This document shows positions 58,748-64,000 of a DNA stretch of 64,000 nucleotides, in pieces (position 1 is the stretch's first letter; each line of letters starts with the position of its first letter). The notes beneath the pieces were generated by a model. It searched no databases. It was not told where the DNA came from and worked only from the letters and a program-made list of their open reading frames with translations. The stretch is from the NCBI GenBank assembly GCA_964416765.1, contig CAYQEU010000001.1:212480-276479 (forward strand), read 5' to 3'. The DNA comes from an uncultured Candidatus Saccharibacteria bacterium (GTDB lineage Bacteria > Patescibacteriota > Doudnabacteria > UBA920). The position numbers and the translations under genes were made by a program.

Positions 58748-60233
58748 CCTCATTACTAAGATCATCAAGGACAAAGCAGTCAGAATTCAGGTAACTACAC
58801 AAAGCCACTTTTGGTTTTTCAACGTCTACTTTAGCGATTACGTAAGATATCAGACTGCCCCTTTCCAGCGAGAAATGTTTGCACTGAGCGAAGACGAAAC
58901 GATAAAAAATTTGGTTGTAGTGGCATTTCGCGGGTCTGGCAAAACCACCATATTTAATCAATCGTATCCGCTTTGGGCGATCCTCGGAAAACAACAGAAG
59001 AAATTCGTTCTTATACTTGCCGAGACTATGAATCAAGCCCGGCAAATATTAAAAAATATCAAGGAAGTTTTAGAAACCAATGACTTGCTTCGCAGAGACT
59101 TAGGGCCGTTCACTGAGGAGGAAACGAGGAACTCATCTACCATTAACTTCCTCAATTACAAAGCCAAAATTATGGTTGCTTCCAAAGAAAGCAGCATTCG
59201 CGGTATTAAGCACGGAGCACATCGGCCAGATTTGATCATCCTCGACGATATTGAAGATATTAATTCTGTTAAAACCCGCGAATCGAGAAACAACACATAT
59301 ACCTGGCTGACTGGAGATGTAATGCCGCTCGGCGACCCAAAGACTCGCCTGATCTTTATTGGTAATCTTCTGCATGAAGACTCACTCTTAATGCGGCTTA
59401 AAAATGGCATAGATGAAGGTAAGCTACGGGGTCAATATCGGCTATACCCTTTGGTGCAAGATGACAAAATTTTATGGCCCGGCATGTACCCAACAATGGA
59501 CGATATCGAGCAGTTGAGATTAAGCCAGGGAAACGAAATTGCATTCCAACGCGAGTACATGCTTAGAATTATTCCGGATGAAGACTGGGTAGTACAACCT
59601 GAGTGGATACAATACTACGACGTACTGCCAGACAGCAAATACCATGACTACACCTGTATTGGCATCGACCTTGCTATTTCAGAAAAAGAAGCTGCTGATT
59701 ATACTGCCATGGTACCGGCATTGGTAACCGGCAACAGAGATAATTTGAAAGTTTTTATCTTGCCCATGATTATTAACAAACGGCTAACGTTCTTAGAAAC
59801 ACAGGAGGAAGCAAAAAATCTCTCTATGGGTATTGGGAGCGGCAGGCGTGCAAAAATCTATGTCGAAGATGTTGCGTATCAGCGGGCATTCATCCAAGCG
59901 ATACACGCTGCCGGATTTCCTGTAAAAGGCGTTTCAGTGCACGGCCAAGACAAACGCGCAAGGCTTAATGCCAATGTATACCTTGTCCAAGCTGGCAAAG
60001 TTTTCTTTCCGACAAAAGGTGCAGAACTTCTAATCCAGCAACTCGTTCATTTTGGCGTGGAAAAGCATGATGACTTAGCAGACGCTTTTGGCATACTGCT
60101 ATCCAAAATCATTGAGGAAGATAACAAGGGAGGTATGGTCATAACTGGAACTTCGTACAGAAACCGATCGGACTGGAATACGCTCAACAGCAGGCAAAAA
60201 CATATGTTACAGGAAAGACACGGGGGTTATTAG
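58716..60233 (+). CDS. terL: Terminase large subunit
   Basis: Walker A FRGSGKTT, Walker B LIILDD, GNLLH.D, nuclease IGIDLA, DYTA, HDDLADA. Confidence 0.88.
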   Translation: MIMETQNILPDLITKIIKDKAVRIQVTTQSHFWFFNVYFSDYVRYQTAPFQREMFALSEDETIKNLVVVAFRGSGKTTIFNQSYPLWAILGKQQKKFVLILAETMNQARQILKNIKEVLETNDLLRRDLGPFTEEETRNSSTINFLNYKAKIMVASKESSIRGIKHGAHRPDLIILDDIEDINSVKTRESRNNTYTWLTGDVMPLGDPKTRLIFIGNLLHEDSLLMRLKNGIDEGKLRGQYRLYPLVQDDKILWPGMYPTMDDIEQLRLSQGNEIAFQREYMLRIIPDEDWVVQPEWIQYYDVLPDSKYHDYTCIGIDLAISEKEAADYTAMVPALVTGNRDNLKVFILPMIINKRLTFLETQEEAKNLSMGIGSGRRAKIYVEDVAYQRAFIQAIHAAGFPVKGVSVHGQDKRARLNANVYLVQAGKVFFPTKGAELLIQQLVHFGVEKHDDLADAFGILLSKIIEEDNKGGMVITGTSYRNRSDWNTLNSRQKHMLQERHGGY

Positions 60234-60415
60234 AGCCTAAAAAGTTACCAACAGGGCGTCCTGGACGCATCAAGAGGGTTCTGGCATCAATATACCGTAA
60301 GGAAAATTAACAATTCTTGCGGTAAGACCGCTGACAATAAGGCAAAACAGCGGATAGAGCGTGTAATATCACCTTTCCTAAACCTTTTTAGGCATGGAAG
60401 CAAAACCTTCCAGAG

Positions 60416-61723
60416 ATGCGCCGCAAGCCCAAAACAATGGAATTAGTACCAACCCAAACCAAATATTGCCTGTATGCTCGTAAGAGTACTGAGGACTCTT
60501 CCGAAAAACAGGCTTTGTCCATAGATTCTCAGGTCAAAGAAATGCTGGCTATTGCCGAGCGCGAAAATCTAGATGTCATAGACATTCGCCGCGAAGCCCA
60601 TTCGGCTAAGGATTCAGGACAGCGGCCAGTATTCCGCGAGCTATTATCGGATATTCGAAGCGGCAGGTTTAATGGTATTTTGACGTGGGCGCCGGATCGA
60701 CTGAGCCGTAATGCCGGAGACTTAGGGTCGGTGGTCGATTTAATGGATGAGAAGCTGCTAGTGGAAATAAAGACGTACGGCCAAACATTTAAGAATTCAC
60801 CGAACGAAAAGTTTTTACTGATGATTCTTTGCAGTCAAGCGAAACTAGAAAACGATAACAAGAGTATTAATGTAAAAAGAGGTTTGAGGACAAGATGCGA
60901 AATGGGATTATGGCCAGCCCCTGCGCCCATGGGTTACTTAAACGAAAAGAAAGTTGATAGAAAAGGCTATTTGATAATTGATCAAGAGCGTGCGCCAATT
61001 ATCAAACAAATGTTTGAAAAAGTAGCTTACGAAAAATGGAGCGGCCGCAAACTTTATCATTGGCTGAAGTTCGACCTTAATTTTAAAACTCCATTAGGCA
61101 ATAAAGGGTTAACCTTAAGCAATATTTACATAATTCTTCAAAATACTTTTTATTATGGCGATTTTGAGTTTCCCAGAAAAAGCGGTATCTGGTACAAAGG
61201 CAAGCACGAACCAATAATTAGTAAGGAACTGTTTGGCTTAGTTCAAGAACAAGTCAGGACGAATGTTATAAGGGTGGAAGACAAAGAATTTGCTTTTACA
61301 AAACTAATGACCTGCGGTTTATGCGGTTCGGGTGTTTCAGCTGATGAGAAATTCAAGAAGCAGAAAAACGGAAATATTCACCGCTATATCTATTACGGCT
61401 GCACGAAATCCCGAGACAAACACTGCAAAAGTGGGTATATTTCTGAAGATGATTTAATCACACAACTAGAAAAACTAGTGGATAAAGTTGACTTCAGCGA
61501 AGCAGATATTAAAGAGAAAATAAAGCATGAGGTAACGCGCTTCAAAAAGTTCCAGCAGTATGTAATTGGCGCAAAAGAAAAAATAGTTATCGGGAATATT
61601 GATATTCAAAACTATACGAAGTTTATTTTTAGGGAGGGTAGCAATACCGAGAAACGTGAACTGCTTACTTGTTTTAAAAACGATATACAAATTAATAGCA
61701 AGGAGGTTATCTTAGTCCAATAA
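60416..61723 (+). CDS. Large serine recombinase (resolvase + recombinase + zinc ribbon)
   Basis: YARKS, SAKDSGQRP.F, DRLSRN, P.GY, H.PIIS, CGLCG...YYGC. Confidence 0.93.
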   Translation: MRRKPKTMELVPTQTKYCLYARKSTEDSSEKQALSIDSQVKEMLAIAERENLDVIDIRREAHSAKDSGQRPVFRELLSDIRSGRFNGILTWAPDRLSRNAGDLGSVVDLMDEKLLVEIKTYGQTFKNSPNEKFLLMILCSQAKLENDNKSINVKRGLRTRCEMGLWPAPAPMGYLNEKKVDRKGYLIIDQERAPIIKQMFEKVAYEKWSGRKLYHWLKFDLNFKTPLGNKGLTLSNIYIILQNTFYYGDFEFPRKSGIWYKGKHEPIISKELFGLVQEQVRTNVIRVEDKEFAFTKLMTCGLCGSGVSADEKFKKQKNGNIHRYIYYGCTKSRDKHCKSGYISEDDLITQLEKLVDKVDFSEADIKEKIKHEVTRFKKFQQYVIGAKEKIVIGNIDIQNYTKFIFREGSNTEKRELLTCFKNDIQINSKEVILVQ

Positions 61724-61755
61724 GCGCATTATATTTTATAATCAACTACCTAATC

Positions 61756-62823
61756 TCATTCAATTTTTCTACCATCTCTCACCCCCAAAATATGGGGCCA
61801 CTCCATCCCGTCTTTTATCGTCCAATATAAGGATGGGTGACCGTTTAAATGTTTAAACCTTAATTCGCAGTCGGTAAGCGTTTTAGTCCTTCTGCGAATA
61901 AGGTAAGCATTAAGCCATCGCTTAGCAGCCGGCATTGACTGAAAACTTTTAATAGATTTAAGTCTCGCTTGTAAATGGGAATTATAGAGCTCGACTAAGT
62001 TTGTATCTCTCGGACAGTCTTTAATGGTTAGGTACTGAAACAGAATATCTCTGCGATCGTTAATTTCAAAAATTATATCCCTGACTTTTTGGTCGTCTTT
62101 GCCATAGCGATCAAGCACATACCGCATGGCACCAGTAATTGCCATATCCGTCTGCGCTTCCAAGAATACCCTATTCCTAAGGCTTGCAAAGAATTGATGA
62201 TAGGTGTCTTCCGTCCTTACCCGAAGAAAACGTCTTAGATTTTCTAAAAAGTGATTTTGGCAAAGTTGTATCTTAGCAAACGGATACGCCTTGGCCAGTG
62301 CTGACTTAACCGTCATTCGATCATCGCACACCACCACCTTGAGTGGATAACCACACTTCTTCAACTGTCGAAATATTTCAGTGAACGCTAAATGACTTTC
62401 AGACTTTGCCAACACCCCGACCGGGATATCATGGGTAAGGTAATCAATACCATAAATGAACGGTATCTTCTGGTTTTGATCTGCGACCTTCACAAACTTA
62501 CCGTCTAACACCAAAATACCAGAGAACTTTCGTGGGTCACAAAACTGTTCAGTTAGGGCAGTATTGTCAGGTAAGGTATTGAGTTGAGATACAACGTGAA
62601 CATACGCATCGGACCCTGATATATTATACTCGTCACCCAGTTTTCTAAAAGGTACACCATCCACGTATTGGGATCCACAAAATCGGTGGTCTGGCGCCGT
62701 GATTTATCGAGAATGACTTATGACATGACTTACAAAAATATCGCTTCCGGCTTCCTTCGCTGCCGCGCTTAATAGTTCGCTTGCTACCACAGAGCAAGCA
62801 TTTTGGGTTCTTTTTTTTAACAT
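61756..62823 (-). pseudogene. IS256/Mutator-like DDE transposase with an N-terminal zinc ribbon, split over three frames
   Basis: LDG, CDD, CQNH, N.VE DDE and CxxH motifs in 61756-62664; upstream frame encodes CLLC...RYFCKSC; breaks at the A8 tract (62811-18) and near 62668. Confidence 0.7.
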
Positions 62824-63184
62824 TGCTGAGGCTAACTTAATTATTAAATTTCCCATAATTATAACAAAAATCCGGTCGAGTGTCGATGCTTTCCGCATTG
62901 CATTGTGTTGAAGATAACGTTCACGTTTGAGTGCTTGGACCGGCAATCGGCTTGACAACCAGTAAGGTGCGGAAAAAATTTCATCTAAGAAAGTATTATA
63001 TTTTGTTAGCAATTTCAAAAAGTAGAAATTAGATACATACAGTAAACACAATATGTTTAAGGTATATATCTGAATTTTACAAACGATCACTAGTCAAACC
63101 ACGATTTTGTCGCTCATCTGTGAGCGGCTTTTTAATTTGACGCACGAAAATTTAAACGGAAAGCGGATCCGTCCGTCCATGACA

Positions 63185-63214
63185 TTGCATGTAAATATGG
63201 AGTGCTGGTATAAT
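63185..63214 (+). promoter_or_regulatory. sigma70 promoter of RNA copy B
   Basis: TTGCAT-18-TATAAT with a TGn extension. Confidence 0.7.
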
Positions 63215-63219
63215 ATTCA

Positions 63220-63410
63220 GTAGAAAAGCCTAAACTCTGCAATTTTGCAGAGCATGGCATTATCCTCAGCAACAGAGACGGCTCTCCGACCGCCACTCGT
63301 TGCTGAGGTGCCCAATCGCAAGGTTGGGAGACGGTACCCGAAAGGGTGCCGCCGGTAGGTAGGGGGGCCCTTTTTGAATCCCTGCCTACCAAAATAACCT
63401 CAGCAACAAC
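63220..63410 (+). ncRNA. Structured RNA, copy B (same architecture as copy A)
   Basis: CCUAAA-helix-CAUGG; X=CCUCAGCAAC (63264-73), anti-X (63299-308), GCAA and GAAA hairpins, long hairpin (63354-90), second X (63398-407). Confidence 0.7.
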
Positions 63411-63490
63411 CAACGAAATAAAAAGTAAACATGGCCGCAAAGGGCTCCCCCTCCATTTTCGGTCAATACTGCTTATAAAACAAAAGGTTG

Positions 63491-64000
63491 CTACTGCTGA
63501 GACTGCTGCTCAGCAGTTTTATTTTGTCTAGCCAATTCTGCGTTCTCTTTCCAAACACTATACTTTTCCACCAAAGTTTGTCGGAGCTCATACGTATTAC
63601 CGTGGCTTAGAAGCCCTAAATATGACTGCAAAGTTTCATTTCTTGGATTCTGCTTCACTCTACGGAAAGCTCTTCGTTCTGTACTTTTCCGTACGATTCT
63701 ATGAGTGGGAAAATGAACCCAGCCTAGAAAATCAACACCGGAAGCGAGAGGTTTAATAAATAACTTATCCGGATGTAAAGACAGATGCAAGTTTGTTTCT
63801 AAATAAGTAGAAATGTTGGGAATCAAATTTTCTAAATAAGAGCGATCGTGATGGAATATTACAAAATCATCTGCATAGCGGATACAATGCTGGACTTTCA
63901 GTTTCCGCTTCAAAAACTGATCGAATTCATTCATGTAAACATTCACTAAAAGCTGCGAGGTCAGGTTACCAAGCGGCAAACCTATATTGGGCCTGCCTTG
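63491..64000 (-). CDS. Reverse transcriptase, DGR-type, 5'-truncated by the window edge
   Basis: GLPLGNLTSQ, RYADD, GVDFLG, SYLG..H; frame open to 64000; no maturase X or endonuclease domain after the RT core. Confidence 0.85.
   Translation of the reverse strand, partial: QGRPNIGLPLGNLTSQLLVNVYMNEFDQFLKRKLKVQHCIRYADDFVIFHHDRSYLENLIPNISTYLETNLHLSLHPDKLFIKPLASGVDFLGWVHFPTHRIVRKSTERRAFRRVKQNPRNETLQSYLGLLSHGNTYELRQTLVEKYSVWKENAELARQNKTAEQQSQQ
63493..63525 (+). terminator. Terminator-like hairpin overlapping the RT 3' end
   Basis: ACTGCTGAG-N7-CTCAGCAGT then TTTATTTT. Confidence 0.55.

Larger units (their letters stand above)
47093..61723. mobile_element. Putative integrative element/genomic island carrying a large serine recombinase and a terminase module
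   Basis: Visible shift to AT-rich sequence near 47.1 kb; cargo arm on the minus strand, MTase-terS-terL-recombinase on the plus strand; boundaries approximate, att sites not found. Confidence 0.7.

Noticed and set aside
57058-61723. Complete prophage
   Set aside because: No portal, capsid, tail, lysis or replication gene was recognised in the window.
61724-63130. Terminal inverted repeats or target duplication for the IS256-like element
   Set aside because: No convincing pair was found by eye, so the element ends are left undefined.
63220-63410. RNA B as a retron msr-msd or a group II intron remnant of the adjacent RT
   Set aside because: It is on the opposite strand and 3' of the RT; no domain V motif was seen; no retron VTG motif is visible in the RT; a homologous copy lies 6.5 kb away with no adjacent RT.
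1-64000. CRISPR arrays, tRNA, rRNA or tmRNA genes
   Set aside because: No regularly spaced repeats or tRNA/rRNA signatures were seen; tRNAscan-SE and Infernal were not run.

Overview
Bacterial chromosome segment. Gene content (split transketolase, mraZ-rsmH-ftsL-ftsI mini-dcw cluster, many exported hypothetical proteins, SD-less and near-leaderless genes) suggests a Patescibacteria/CPR genome (inference). TGA is used as a stop, so the code is 11. Positions 1-46.9 kb are core genome: glycosylation genes, dnaX, htrA, ruvX, a galT-tpiA-rpiB-rpe-tkt-pfkB-gap-pgk-gpmI superoperon, recJ, rnhA, mreB, dinB, a two-component module, cell-division/PBP genes, msrAB, MarR-MFS, ddl, engB and unannotated microproteins. 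From about 47.1 kb the sequence is visibly more AT-rich and forms an island. Its leftward cargo arm encodes a zinc-ribbon membrane protein, a 1539-aa SF1 helicase-nuclease, RmuC and hypotheticals. Its rightward arm encodes a ParB-methyltransferase, TerS-like, TerL and a large serine recombinase, with no portal or capsid gene in the window. A frameshifted IS256-like transposase and the 3' half of a DGR-type reverse transcriptase follow. The most striking signal is a pair of ~200-nt non-coding elements (56514-56710 minus, 63220-63410 plus) that differ in sequence but share one architecture: -10 box, an 11-nt GNRA-tetraloop-receptor-like hairpin, a 10-nt sequence X, its complement, two GNRA hairpins, a terminator/antiterminator-like segment and a second X. 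I read this as a candidate undescribed structured RNA switch family with a variable 10-nt address. All calls were made by eye from the sequence and supplied ORFs; no database search or folding program was run.
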